From IMG/VR virus record IMGVR_UViG_3300009095_000030, positions 1 to 40,804 of that record: 40,804 nucleotides of DNA; one strand, 5' to 3'. Position numbers and translations under genes: made by a program. Below the pieces are notes generated by a model, which saw only the letters and a program-made list of their open reading frames with translations, was not told where the DNA came from and made no database searches. Source of the DNA: a virus (taxonomy: Duplodnaviria; Caudoviricetes). Below are positions 17,128-27,164 of this stretch, in pieces; the first letter of the stretch is position 1; the number at the start of each line of letters is the position of its first letter.

Positions 17128-18078
17128 ATGAGCACCAGCAGCACCGAACACCACCCGTATGCCGCACCGGACGGCATCCTGATCGGCCACCTCACCCCGG
17201 GCACCGCCGCCTGGGAGGAGGCCCGCACCGGCCTCACCATCACCGCCACCGAGATTGCCGCCGTCGTCGGCCTCTCCCCGTGGATGTCCCGCTTCACCCT
17301 CTGGCACAAGAAGGCCGGCCTGCCCACCCCGCCGTTCGAGATGAACCCGGCAGTCGAGTGGGGCAACCGGCTGGAGGATGCAGTCGCCCAGAAGTGGGAG
17401 GACGAGCACCCCGGCCAGCTCGCCGCACCGGCCGGCACGTGGCGGCACCGCGAGCGGGAGTGGCAGAGGGCCACCCCGGACCGGCTCATCTACCCGCAGC
17501 CCGCGAACGAGTTCGAGATCCCCGACAAGGCGGACGCCCTGCTCGAGGTGAAGACGTCCCCATTCGGCGACGAGTGGGGCCCGTCCGGCAGCGACGAGGT
17601 CCCGGTCCACTACCGCTGCCAGGTCATGTGGCAGATGGACACCCTCGGCCTGCGCCGCACCTACTTCGCGGTCCTCATCTCCGGCCACGACTACCGCGAG
17701 TACGTCGTCGAGTACGACGCGGACGACGCGCGGATCCTCCGCGGGGCCGCCGAGCGGTTCCTCGACGACGTGCGCCGCGGGAACCGGCCGCCGATCGACG
17801 GGGCCACCGACACCTACCGCACGATCCGCGCCCAGGTCGACGGGCTCGAAGACCGCGACGTGGAGATCCCCGCCGAGCTGGCCGCCCGCTGGGACGCCGC
17901 CTACGCCGACGTGGCCCGCGCCTCCGCCGACCTCACCCAGGTCCGCGGCGAAGTCCTCGACTACATGGGCAACGCCAAGCGGGCCGTCTGCCAGGGCCGC
18001 CGCATCGCCTACCGCACCGTCCGCGACGGCGCCACCTACAGCCTCAACCCCTACACCAGCAAGGACGCAGCAGCATGA
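17128..18078 (+). CDS. YqaJ-like (RecE/lambda-exo type) exonuclease
   Basis: W...R...ITATEIAAVVGLSPW, WGNRLE, ATPDR, LEVKT, Y.CQV.WQM. Confidence 0.92.
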   Translation: MSTSSTEHHPYAAPDGILIGHLTPGTAAWEEARTGLTITATEIAAVVGLSPWMSRFTLWHKKAGLPTPPFEMNPAVEWGNRLEDAVAQKWEDEHPGQLAAPAGTWRHREREWQRATPDRLIYPQPANEFEIPDKADALLEVKTSPFGDEWGPSGSDEVPVHYRCQVMWQMDTLGLRRTYFAVLISGHDYREYVVEYDADDARILRGAAERFLDDVRRGNRPPIDGATDTYRTIRAQVDGLEDRDVEIPAELAARWDAAYADVARASADLTQVRGEVLDYMGNAKRAVCQGRRIAYRTVRDGATYSLNPYTSKDAAA

Positions 18079-18899
18079 GCCAGATCGGCAACGCCATCGA
18101 GAAGCGCGACCAGGGCCCGGCCGCCCAGATCGAGCAGTACCGCGACGAGTACGCCGCCTTGGTCCCCTCCCACGTCAACGCCGACCAGTGGATCCGGCTC
18201 GCCGTCGGCGCCATCCGCGGCAACAAAGACCTCGAGCGGGCCGCCCGCAACGACGTCGGCGTCTTCCTCCGCGAGCTCAAGACCGCGGCCCGCCTCGGCC
18301 TGGAGCCCGGCACCGAGCAGTTCTACCTCACCCCCCGCAAGAGCAAGGCCCACGGCTACAAACTGATCATCAAGGGGATCGTCGGCTACCAGGGCATCGT
18401 CGAACTCATCTACCGGGCCGGCGCCGTCTCCAGCGTCATCGTCGAAGTGGTCCGCGAGCGCGACACCTTCCGCTACGTGCCCGGCCGCGACGACCGGCCC
18501 GTCCACGAGATCGACTGGTTCGGCGGCGACCGTGGCCCCCTCGTCGGCGTGTACGCCTACGCCGTCATGAAGGACGGCGCCGTCTCCAAGGTCGTCGTCC
18601 TCAACCGCCAGCGGGTCATGGAGATCCGCGCCAAGTCCGACAGCAAGGACTCCGAGTACAGCCCGTGGCAGACCAGCGAGGAAGCCATGTGGCTCAAGTC
18701 GGCCGTCCGGCAGCTCGCCAAGTGGGTCCCCACCTCCGCCGAGTACATGCGCGAACAGCTCCGCGCACAGGCCGAAGTCGCCGGCGAGCTGGCCGCCCCG
18801 TCCATGGCTGGCGCCCCGCAGATGCCGCAGCCGTCCCCGCTGGACGACGCCGACCCCACCTACGACGAGGGCCCCATCGAGGGCGAGCTCGTCGACTGA
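18075..18899 (+). CDS. recT: RecT-family single-strand annealing protein
   Basis: LGLEPG, GYQGIVELIYRAG, SPW...EAMWLKSAVRQLAKWVP; follows exonuclease. Confidence 0.92.
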   Translation: MSQIGNAIEKRDQGPAAQIEQYRDEYAALVPSHVNADQWIRLAVGAIRGNKDLERAARNDVGVFLRELKTAARLGLEPGTEQFYLTPRKSKAHGYKLIIKGIVGYQGIVELIYRAGAVSSVIVEVVRERDTFRYVPGRDDRPVHEIDWFGGDRGPLVGVYAYAVMKDGAVSKVVVLNRQRVMEIRAKSDSKDSEYSPWQTSEEAMWLKSAVRQLAKWVPTSAEYMREQLRAQAEVAGELAAPSMAGAPQMPQPSPLDDADPTYDEGPIEGELVD

Positions 18900-18981
18900 C
18901 CGCCCACCTTCCGGCCTCCCGCCCGCCGCAATCAGGCGGGAGGCCGCCCCACCAGAACACCACACCCGCAAGGAGCCCACC

Positions 18982-19356
18982 ATGGCCCGACGCCTCACCC
19001 CCGCCGAACGCCTCGCCAACGCGGAGAAGGACTTCCTCCTCGAGACCATCGCCGACCAGTCCAGCTGGGACCAGTTCCTCGTCGAGCAGGCCGTCTTCCA
19101 CTTCGGCCAGCGCTTCACCGAGTTCTCGTGCAACGACCTCCGCGACGTCCTCCCCGAGCTGTCCCACGGCTACCTCGGCGCCGCCATCAACGCGCTCCGG
19201 GCCGGCGGGGTCATCGAGCACACCGGCCGCATGGTGCCCTCCACCCAGGCCAACACCCACGGGCACCGGATCAGCGTCTGGCAGCTCACCGCGAAGGGCC
19301 ACCGCATAGCCGTCCAGCGCGCCGCCCGGGCCGCCACCAGGAGGGCCGCCGCGTGA
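18982..19356 (+). CDS. Hypothetical protein (possible winged helix)
   Basis: AAGGAG RBS; 124 aa. Confidence 0.65.
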   Translation: MARRLTPAERLANAEKDFLLETIADQSSWDQFLVEQAVFHFGQRFTEFSCNDLRDVLPELSHGYLGAAINALRAGGVIEHTGRMVPSTQANTHGHRISVWQLTAKGHRIAVQRAARAATRRAAA

Positions 19357-19550
19357 CCGGCCTCGCCTGGATCCCCGTCGCCGTCCTCGCACCCGGCGCC
19401 GTCATGGCCGCCCGCACCCTCTGGCGCGAACGCCACCACCTCCCCGCCGCACCCGACAACCGCCCCGGCACCGACACCGACGCCCTCTGGACCTGCCGCC
19501 GCATCAGCGCCCTGCCCACCGCCAGCCGGAAGGAGAACCCGCAGCCGTGA
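19353..19550 (+). CDS. Small protein with hydrophobic N-terminus
   Basis: GTGA coupling at both ends. Confidence 0.5.
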   Translation: MTGLAWIPVAVLAPGAVMAARTLWRERHHLPAAPDNRPGTDTDALWTCRRISALPTASRKENPQP

Positions 19551-20386
19551 CCACCACCGACCACGTCGCCGACTACGCCTGCTACAGGCGTGGCTGCCGC
19601 CGCGAAGAGTGCCGCACCGCCGACCGCAACTACCGCAAGCGCTACGAACTCCAGCGGCTCCGCGGCATCCCCGCTGTCATCCCCGGCCGGACCGTCGCCG
19701 CCCACCTCCGCACCCTCATTGCCAGCGGGCGCACGGTCCGCGGCATCGCCACCATGACCGGGGTCTCCGAGCGCGCCATCGGCTACATCCTGCACGGCCA
19801 GGCCAGCGTCACCCGCAGCCGGGCCCTGGCTCTCCTCGCCGTCCAGCCGCTCGCCGAAGCCCCGCGCGTCGACCCGACCGGCACGATCCGCCGCATCCAG
19901 GCCCTCGCCCACATCGGCTGGCCCGTCGCCTTGACCGCCAAGAAGGCCGGATACACCCCCTCCTACCTGTTCAACATCATGGCCGGGCGCGTCCCCACCA
20001 TCCCAAGGGATGTCGCAAGCCGACTGGCCATCGTCTACCGGCAGCACAGCCACCAGCCGGGACCTTCCGAGTACACCCGCAGCATCGCCCGCCGCAACGG
20101 CTGGCACGGACCGCTCGCCTGGGACGACATCGACGACCCCGCTTGCCAGCCCGAGCAGGCCCCGCCCTACGAGCCGGCCACCAAGTACGAGCGCGACCCC
20201 GACAAGCGCGCCGAGATCGAGCACCTCTACCTCCTCGGCGAGTCAGTGCCGTCGATCGCCAAGCAGCTCGGCAACAACGAGAAGTACATCGCCGACCAGC
20301 TCGGCGCCATCCTCCGCGACCGCGCCCGCCGCGCACAGAAGACCCGCACCCGCCGCCTTCACACCGAACAGGAGCTCGCAGCCTGA
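19547..20386 (+). CDS. Multi-HTH DNA-binding protein with N-terminal Cys motif
   Basis: CYRRGCRREEC; GTIRRIQALAHIGW; PLAWDDIDDP; C-terminal IAKQLG HTH. Confidence 0.7.
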   Translation: MTTTDHVADYACYRRGCRREECRTADRNYRKRYELQRLRGIPAVIPGRTVAAHLRTLIASGRTVRGIATMTGVSERAIGYILHGQASVTRSRALALLAVQPLAEAPRVDPTGTIRRIQALAHIGWPVALTAKKAGYTPSYLFNIMAGRVPTIPRDVASRLAIVYRQHSHQPGPSEYTRSIARRNGWHGPLAWDDIDDPACQPEQAPPYEPATKYERDPDKRAEIEHLYLLGESVPSIAKQLGNNEKYIADQLGAILRDRARRAQKTRTRRLHTEQELAA

Positions 20387-22065
20387 TGTACCGCCACGAC
20401 AACGACGCGCTCACCGTCATGGACTGGTTCTGCGGGGCCGGCGGGTCCAGCCAGGGCATGCACTCCATCCCCGGCGTCCGCATGGAACGCGCCGCGAACC
20501 ACTGGGAGCGGGCCATCGAATCGCACGCCGCGAACTTCCCCGACGTCGACCACTACCGCGGCGACATCCGCGAGGCGCCCGTGGAGAAGTGGCCGGTGAC
20601 GGACATCTTCTGGGCGTCCCCGGAGTGCCCGCAGTGGTCGAACGCCCGCGGCAAGAAGCGCGACTTCGACCTGTCCCTGCAGGGCGACCTCTTTGACGGC
20701 TTCGGCCCGTCCGAGGAGGTCGAGCGCTCCCGCGCGCTGATGGAAGAGGTTCCCATGTACCTGCGCGGCGTCCAGGAGCGCGGCGACCTGGTCAAGGCGG
20801 GCGTCGTCGAGAACGTCGTCGACGTCCGCGCCTGGGACCAGTGGGACCGCTGGCTCGGCGAGATCCGCAAGCTCGGCTACCGCACCCGTGTCATCGCCCT
20901 GAACAGCATGCACGCCGACCCGCGCACCGTGCACAAGGCGCCGCAGTCCCGCGACCGGCTATACGTGGCGTACTGGCACGAGAGCCTGCGCCGCACCCCG
21001 GACTGGGACAAGTGGCTCCGGCCGCGCGCCTGGTGCACCGGCTGCGAGACGTGGGTGCGCGCCGTGCAGCGGTTCAAGGACCCCGGCCGCGACATGGGCC
21101 GCTACCGGCAGCAGTACGTCTACCGCTGCCCCAACCACAGCTGCCGCAACCAGATCGTCGAACCCGAGACCCTTCCCGCCGCCGTCGCGATCGACTGGAC
21201 CCTGCCCGGGCAGCGCATCGGCGACCGCACCAAGCCGCTCGCTGAGAAGACCCTGCGCCGCATCGAGGCCGGGCTGAAGAAGTTCGCTCAGCCTCTCGTC
21301 GTCCCGGCTGGTGGGACCTGGCGCAACGACGCCACCGCGATCGGCGAGCCCATCCCCACCCGCACCACCCGGGAGAACGACGGTCTCGCGGTGCCTCCCT
21401 TCATCACCGCGCTGCGCGGGGGCAGCAGCGTCCGTCAGGTCGTCGAGCCCCTCACCACGGTGGCGACGTCCGGTGGCCATCACGGTCTCGCCATCCCGCC
21501 GCTGCTGATCCCCGTCGAGGGCCGCGACGGCAAGGAGCCCGCCTCCGCCAACGCGCCGCTGCGCACCCAGACCGCCCGCAACGAGACGGGCCTCGCCTGG
21601 CTGCCGTTCATCGCCGAGCTCCGAGGCGGCGGCTCGGTCGCCCGGCCGGCCACCGAGTCCCTCGCCACGGTCACCGCCTCCGGCAACCACCACGGGCTCG
21701 TCACCCCCGAGAACGTCGACTGGCAGTCGCTGCTCGTCCCGTACTACGGCACCGGCACAGCGCGCACCGTCCGCGAGCCCGTCGGCACCCTGTCCACCCG
21801 CGACCGGTACGCCCTCGTGCAGGGCCAGGTCGACATCAACGACGTCCTCTTCCGGATGCTCGAACCCCACGAGATCGGGCGGGCCATGAGCTTCGCCGAC
21901 GAGTACATCGTCCTCGGCAACAAGCGCGAGCGCGTGCGGCAGTACGGCAACGCCGTCACCCCCAACTGCGCCGAGGTCATCGTCGCCGCCCTCGTCGAGG
22001 CCATCACCGGCGAGGACATCGACCGGCACGCCGACCCGCAGCCGCAGACGGCGCTCGCCGCGTGA
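20386..22065 (+). CDS. DNA (cytosine-5)-methyltransferase
   Basis: DWFCGAGG (I), ASPEC (IV), VENV (VI), PQSRDR (VIII), QYGNAV (X). Confidence 0.93.
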   Translation: MYRHDNDALTVMDWFCGAGGSSQGMHSIPGVRMERAANHWERAIESHAANFPDVDHYRGDIREAPVEKWPVTDIFWASPECPQWSNARGKKRDFDLSLQGDLFDGFGPSEEVERSRALMEEVPMYLRGVQERGDLVKAGVVENVVDVRAWDQWDRWLGEIRKLGYRTRVIALNSMHADPRTVHKAPQSRDRLYVAYWHESLRRTPDWDKWLRPRAWCTGCETWVRAVQRFKDPGRDMGRYRQQYVYRCPNHSCRNQIVEPETLPAAVAIDWTLPGQRIGDRTKPLAEKTLRRIEAGLKKFAQPLVVPAGGTWRNDATAIGEPIPTRTTRENDGLAVPPFITALRGGSSVRQVVEPLTTVATSGGHHGLAIPPLLIPVEGRDGKEPASANAPLRTQTARNETGLAWLPFIAELRGGGSVARPATESLATVTASGNHHGLVTPENVDWQSLLVPYYGTGTARTVREPVGTLSTRDRYALVQGQVDINDVLFRMLEPHEIGRAMSFADEYIVLGNKRERVRQYGNAVTPNCAEVIVAALVEAITGEDIDRHADPQPQTALAA

Positions 22066-22151
22066 CCGCGCCCGGCCGGTCGCGTGACCGGCCCTGACCA
22101 GCAGCACAGCTGCAGACCACCGATGAACCGCTCCAGCCGAAGGACAACGCC

Positions 22152-23051
22152 GTGACCTTGGACGCCATGCACTGGGTGTGGAACCACTCCCAGTCGAAGG
22201 GGAACGCACGGATCGCGCTGCTCTACGTGGCCGACCAGGTGCGCGACTCCGCGTGCGAGGTGCGCGCCGGTCAGCGGGAGTTCATGCGAGCCCTCAATAC
22301 GCCCTCCAAGAGCACCGTCGAGAAGGCCATCAAGGACGCGGTGGAGAGCGGCGAGCTGGAAGTGGCGGCGCCGGCAGCCGGACGGCGGCCCGCCCTGTAC
22401 CGGCTCCCGAAGGCGGTCGGCTACGTGCGCCCGGCTACCGCTTGTGCCCCGGAATCCGGGGCACAAAGCGACACCACGTCCAACCGTTGTGCCCCGGAAT
22501 CCAGGGCACAAGTTCCCGCTAGCTCCCCGGATTCCGGGGCACAAAGCTCCGAAGCCGAATCGGCTTGTGCCCCGGATTCCGGGGCACAAGAAACCCGTTG
22601 TGCCCCGGATTCCGGGGCACCTCCCCAACACTACGTAGTAGAAGAAGAGGGCCAGCGGCCACGCGATCCCTTCGCCATCTGCCAGCCGCTCATCAAGGCA
22701 CTCACCGAAGCGGGAATCACCGTCTCCTGGGGGATGCCCCCCGAAGACCTCAAGCGGGTAGCCGCCGCCGTCGAACGAGCCGGCATCCCCGCCATGGTCC
22801 GCTTCGCGCTCGACACCCAGCGCACCCGGCGCGACCGAATCCTCTACGCCCGCTACTTCGTCCGCGGCTGGACCGGACTACCCCCCGCAGCCAACGCCGG
22901 ACCCAGGAGCAGCGGCCCACTCCCGCACTGCGGACACCCCGACTGCGACCCCGTCACCCGCACCCGCGAAACCGAAGACGACCGCGGACTCCGCCGAGTC
23001 CACCCCTGCCCCGACTGCCACCCCGCCAGCCAGAAAGGACACGCCGCATGA
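22152..23051 (+). CDS. Replication initiator (lambda O-like) with internal iterons
   Basis: N-terminal wHTH (W..SQSKGNARIALL), internal CAPESGAQ repeats, directly upstream of DnaB. Confidence 0.75.
   Translation: MTLDAMHWVWNHSQSKGNARIALLYVADQVRDSACEVRAGQREFMRALNTPSKSTVEKAIKDAVESGELEVAAPAAGRRPALYRLPKAVGYVRPATACAPESGAQSDTTSNRCAPESRAQVPASSPDSGAQSSEAESACAPDSGAQETRCAPDSGAPPQHYVVEEEGQRPRDPFAICQPLIKALTEAGITVSWGMPPEDLKRVAAAVERAGIPAMVRFALDTQRTRRDRILYARYFVRGWTGLPPAANAGPRSSGPLPHCGHPDCDPVTRTRETEDDRGLRRVHPCPDCHPASQKGHAA
22442..22620. repeat. Five palindromic iterons, putative replication origin
   Basis: TTGTGCCCCGGAWTCCGGGGCACAA copies at 22442, 22487, ~22520 (partial), 22565, 22598. Confidence 0.85.
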
Positions 23052-24421
23052 CCGAGCCCCTGTGGGAGCCCGACGTCGCCGAAGACCACGGCATCGACAG
23101 GACCGTCCCCCACAACCTCGAAGCCGAGAAAGCCGCTCTCGGCTCCACGTTCTTCGACCTGGCCGCCATCGACGCCCTCGACCGCATCCTCGCCGGCCCC
23201 GAGGACTTCTACGAGGTACGCCACCAGACCATCTGGCGAACCATCACCGACATGTACTGCCGCGACCGCAAGCCGAAGATCGACCCGATCACCGTCGCGG
23301 CCGAACTCCTCGCCGCCGGTGAACTCGCCAAGGTCGGCGGCGCCGCCTACCTTCACGAGCTCGCCCAGTCCGTCCCGATCGTCGGCAACGCCACCGGCTA
23401 CGCCGAGATCATCCGCGAGCACGCCCAGCTGCGCGCAGTCCTCACCGCCACCCGCAAGGCCAGCCAGCGCGTCCTCACCGCGGCCAACACGGCCGCCGAA
23501 ATCCTCGAAGCGGCCATGGCCGACCTGCAGGCCGCCGCCAAGGGCGTCGCACCCGCCGACGAGAAGCTGTCCGTCGCCGACCGGTGGATGGGCTTCGTCG
23601 ACGAACTCGAAGCCGGCCACGACCCGCGGGCCCTCGACACCCCCTGGTACGACCTCAACGAGATCATCGAACTCAAGCCCGGCCAGCTCATCACCGTCGG
23701 CGCCGGCACCGGGCAGGGCAAGTCCCTGTTCGGCATGAACCTCGCCGCACACGTCGCCCTCACCCGCGGCAAGCCCGCCCTCGTCGCCTCCCTCGAAATG
23801 GGCGGCTCCGAGCTGATGGCCCGCCTCACCGCAGCCGAGGCTGGCGTCAACGTCGACCGGCTCGTCCGCCGCAAACTCGACGCCTCCGACTGGGAGAAAG
23901 TCTTCCGCGCCGCCCCTAAGCTGCAGAACGCCCACAACTTCATCCTCGACGACTCCCCGAACCTCACCCTCGGCAAGATCCGGGCCCGCGTGCGGTGGAT
24001 GGCCGCCGCCGGGCACCCCCCGGCGATCGTCGTCGCCGACTACCTGCAGCTGATGACGCCCGAGTCCAACGGCAAGAAGGACCGCACCCGCGCCAACGAG
24101 GTCGCCGAGATCTCCCGCGGCCTGAAGCTCCTCGCGATGGAGTTCGAGATCCCCGTCGTCGCCCTCGCCCAGTTCAACCGCAACGCCGTCGGCCGGCAGC
24201 CCATGGTGTCCGACTTCAAGGACTCCTCGTCCATCGAGCAGGACTCCAACGTGATCGTCCTAATGCACCGGCCGCTCGCCGAGGACGGATCTGACACCGG
24301 CCCCCGCTCCGGAGAGATCGACCTGATCGTCGCGAAGAACCGCAACGGCGCCTCCGGCCGCATCGTCGCCCTCACCTTCCAGGGCCACTACGCCCGCCTC
24401 CGCTCCATGGGAAGGGGCTGA
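23048..24421 (+). CDS. dnaB: DnaB-like replicative helicase
   Basis: PHNLEAE, GAGTGQGKS Walker A, SLEM, DYLQLM, ISRGLKLLA, SIEQD, AKNRNG. Confidence 0.95.
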   Translation: MTEPLWEPDVAEDHGIDRTVPHNLEAEKAALGSTFFDLAAIDALDRILAGPEDFYEVRHQTIWRTITDMYCRDRKPKIDPITVAAELLAAGELAKVGGAAYLHELAQSVPIVGNATGYAEIIREHAQLRAVLTATRKASQRVLTAANTAAEILEAAMADLQAAAKGVAPADEKLSVADRWMGFVDELEAGHDPRALDTPWYDLNEIIELKPGQLITVGAGTGQGKSLFGMNLAAHVALTRGKPALVASLEMGGSELMARLTAAEAGVNVDRLVRRKLDASDWEKVFRAAPKLQNAHNFILDDSPNLTLGKIRARVRWMAAAGHPPAIVVADYLQLMTPESNGKKDRTRANEVAEISRGLKLLAMEFEIPVVALAQFNRNAVGRQPMVSDFKDSSSIEQDSNVIVLMHRPLAEDGSDTGPRSGEIDLIVAKNRNGASGRIVALTFQGHYARLRSMGRG

Positions 24422-24423
24422 CG

Positions 24424-24576
24424 ATGACCGACACCTGCCCGGCCTGCTCCCGCCGCGACGTCCAGCCGCGCGCCGAGCGCACCGACGGCACCCAGATCCG
24501 CAGCGCCTACCGCTGCCCCGACTGCGGCCACGCCTGGATCACCAGCCGACTCCGCAGCGCCTACCCCGCCGCCTGA
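24424..24576 (+). CDS. Small Zn-ribbon protein
   Basis: CPAC...YRCPDCGHAW, 50 aa. Confidence 0.6.
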   Translation: MTDTCPACSRRDVQPRAERTDGTQIRSAYRCPDCGHAWITSRLRSAYPAA

Positions 24577-24602
24577 CGCGGCCCCACCCACCGGAGAACC
24601 CC

Positions 24603-25478
24603 ATGACCGACAACCCGCAGCAGCCGCCCGCCCACTGGCCGCAGGCCCTGAAGGACGCCTTCTGGACCGCGGTCAACGCACCCACCTACGACGAGTCCGC
24701 TACCGCCACGCTCACCTTCGCTCAACTGCTGACCGCAGCCGCCCCGGCATCGCCGCCCGCCGACCAGCCCAGCCTCGACGAGCGGGTGCGTGCCGCCGTC
24801 CACGACGCCGTCACCACCGCCGCGCAGAACCCGCACGCCGGCCGCGGCCTCGTTGTCTCGCTCATCACCAACGCCGTCCTCGCCGAGGTGCACCGGCAGA
24901 CGACCGACCGGGCCGCGCTCCGCGCCCGCATCGCCGAGGCGCTGATGCAGTGGGCCGAGAGCAACAACAGCCCCCAGTACGGGGCAATGCGCCGCCCTGC
25001 GACCGTCGTGCAGAACGCGTACAGCCGCGCCGACGCGGTGCTCGCGGTGCTGCCGTCATCCGGGTGCCTGACTCCTGAGTACACCGACGGCCCTTGCCAC
25101 TGCCCAGCCTGCGACCCTGCCGCCCACCGCACCGACCGGTCCGCCGTCCTCGCCGACGTGGAGCGCGCCATCCGCACCGCCACCGGCAGTTGCGGCTACA
25201 AGGCGGATGACGGCTGCGACTTCTGCAACGGCGTCGACGCCGCGCTCGACCAGGTGCGCCGCATGGCCGACGAGACGGCAACCCAGACGCCCGACGACCG
25301 CACGGCACCCGAGGCACAGCCCCTGTGCCACACGCCGCACTACCAGTACCCCGAGACCCTGTGCGCCGAGCCCGCAGGCCACTACGTCCGCGACCGCAAC
25401 CCCCACGCCGGACCCCTCATCATCAACGGCCGCGAGCGCGGGGGAGCCGCCTGGGACGAACCTGAGGAGACCCCGTGA
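24603..25478 (+). CDS. Hypothetical mosaic early protein
   Basis: GGAGA RBS; several Cys clusters. Confidence 0.65.
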   Translation: MTDNPQQPPAHWPQALKDAFWTAVNAPTYDESATATLTFAQLLTAAAPASPPADQPSLDERVRAAVHDAVTTAAQNPHAGRGLVVSLITNAVLAEVHRQTTDRAALRARIAEALMQWAESNNSPQYGAMRRPATVVQNAYSRADAVLAVLPSSGCLTPEYTDGPCHCPACDPAAHRTDRSAVLADVERAIRTATGSCGYKADDGCDFCNGVDAALDQVRRMADETATQTPDDRTAPEAQPLCHTPHYQYPETLCAEPAGHYVRDRNPHAGPLIINGRERGGAAWDEPEETP

Positions 25479-26320
25479 CCGACACCACCCCGCCCCCCGC
25501 CGCCGGCCAGATCTGGCAGGACAACGACCCGCGAGGCGACGGCCGCACGATCCGCATCGTCGAGATCGACGGCTCCTACGCGGTGGTGCAGAGTGTCCAC
25601 CCGCATCTGCACAGGCCCGGCCGGCGCACCCGTATCCGCCTGGACCGCCTCCGGCCGACGCGCAACGGCTACCGGTACGTCGGCCACCCCGAGGACACAG
25701 ACCCCTCGCCCCTGACCGAGCAGCAGCTCGCCGACATCGCCGATCACTACGCCGTCTACCAGCGCAGGCACGGCCCCACCGGCATCACCTGCTGCTCCGC
25801 GCACCCGGTGGCTGACGCTGTGCCGGAGCTGCTGGACGAGGTCCGGCGGCTGCGCACCGCGAACGAGCGGATGCGGCACGAACTGGAGGTGATGTACGGC
25901 GGAGCGTTCGACAAACTGCCTGAGCCTGCCGCTGTGTCTGCTGCCGTGGCCCCACCCACCAACCCCACCGCCGTCCGCCACGAGGCCGACTGGATCGTCG
26001 AGCACTGCCCCGACCACGGATGCGTCGAACCCTCAACCGAGGTCTGCCACTGCGAGATCGCCGACCGGCTGCGCCGCATGGCCGACGAGGCGCAGCCCGC
26101 CACCGAGGCGGAGGCGATCCGTCGCGAGCACGTCGACTACTTCCTCCAGTGCCGACAGCCCGACGGCACATGGGAGCAGGCGAGCAGCTACGAGACCGAC
26201 CCGGACCGGGCACAGGAGCGGCTGGCTCGGATCCGCGAACAGCGTCCCGGCTTCACGTGGCGGCTGGCGCGCCGCTCAACCACGGTCACCGTCGAAGTGC
26301 AGCAGCCCGCCGAGGCCTGA
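25475..26320 (+). CDS. Hypothetical mosaic early protein
   Basis: GTGA coupling; GQIWQDNDPR N-terminal module. Confidence 0.65.
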   Translation: MTDTTPPPAAGQIWQDNDPRGDGRTIRIVEIDGSYAVVQSVHPHLHRPGRRTRIRLDRLRPTRNGYRYVGHPEDTDPSPLTEQQLADIADHYAVYQRRHGPTGITCCSAHPVADAVPELLDEVRRLRTANERMRHELEVMYGGAFDKLPEPAAVSAAVAPPTNPTAVRHEADWIVEHCPDHGCVEPSTEVCHCEIADRLRRMADEAQPATEAEAIRREHVDYFLQCRQPDGTWEQASSYETDPDRAQERLARIREQRPGFTWRLARRSTTVTVEVQQPAEA

Positions 26321-26455
26321 CCCCAGCCCACCCCCGCGCGGGGCGTACACGGCCCTCTCCCGGCCGCACAGCACCCCGCGCGGGTCTCGCACCGCAACGC
26401 CAGCCCACAGCCCCACGCGCGGGCACACAGCCGCTCCACCGAAAGGCCCCCACCG

Positions 26456-26749
26456 ATGCGTGACCCCGAGACCGACCGACTCCTCACCAACGTCCGGCAA
26501 GCCGTGACCGCCGCCCGCGCAGGCGGCGTGACCGTCCGCGCCTGCATCTTCGACGCCACCGTCGCCGCCGTCGACGAGAGCGTCCGCGGCTGGCCCTCCG
26601 CCGAAGCCCGGAAAACCGCCGAGGACGCCTGCCGCGCCGTCGACCCGCCCACCGTCATGGCCGACCCGCAGCCGCGGTCCCAGCCGCCCGCCATCGCACG
26701 GCTGCTGTTCGCTCTGGCCGACCGGATCGCCGCAAGGAGCACCCGATGA
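26456..26749 (+). CDS. Hypothetical protein
   Basis: GAAAGG RBS; coupled to next gene. Confidence 0.55.
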   Translation: MRDPETDRLLTNVRQAVTAARAGGVTVRACIFDATVAAVDESVRGWPSAEARKTAEDACRAVDPPTVMADPQPRSQPPAIARLLFALADRIAARSTR

Positions 26750-26925
26750 CCCGCCCACCGGTCCGCTGGATCCCCGACGACGGATCCGCCGCCATCCTCG
26801 CCGCCTACACCCGACGCGGCGAACGCCCCGGCCACGTCCTCCGCCGCGCCCTGCTCCTCCTCGCCCGCGCCGACGGCATCCTCGACATCCGCGGACGCGT
26901 ACCCCGGCCCGGGAGGCGGCCGTGA
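26746..26925 (+). CDS. Small hypothetical protein
   Basis: AAGGAG RBS; ATGA and GTGA overlaps; MTRPPVRWIPDDGSAAILAAY... Confidence 0.55.
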   Translation: MTRPPVRWIPDDGSAAILAAYTRRGERPGHVLRRALLLLARADGILDIRGRVPRPGRRP

Positions 26926-27164
26926 AGCCGCTCAGCCGCCGACAGCGCCAGGTGATCGTCCTCGCAGCGAACGGCTACACCAACGCCGGGATCGCCCGGC
27001 ACCTCGGCATCCACCGCAACACCGTGGACCGGCACTTCGCCGAGGCCTACGCCAACCTCGGCGCCCGCGACCGGGCCAACGCCGTCGCCCTCGCTTACCG
27101 CCGCGGCGACATCGGCCCCGACGACATCGCAACCCCCAACCAGCAGCAGGAGGCAGCCGCATGA
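26922..27164 (+). CDS. LuxR/GerE-type HTH regulator
   Basis: LSRRQRQVIVLAANGYTNAGIARHLGIHRNTVDRH...LGARDRANAV. Confidence 0.88.
   Translation: MKPLSRRQRQVIVLAANGYTNAGIARHLGIHRNTVDRHFAEAYANLGARDRANAVALAYRRGDIGPDDIATPNQQQEAAA

Noticed and set aside
22442-22620. Palindromic repeats as a mini CRISPR array
   Set aside because: Spacers only 8-20 bp, in frame inside a coding gene, no cas genes; iterons fit better
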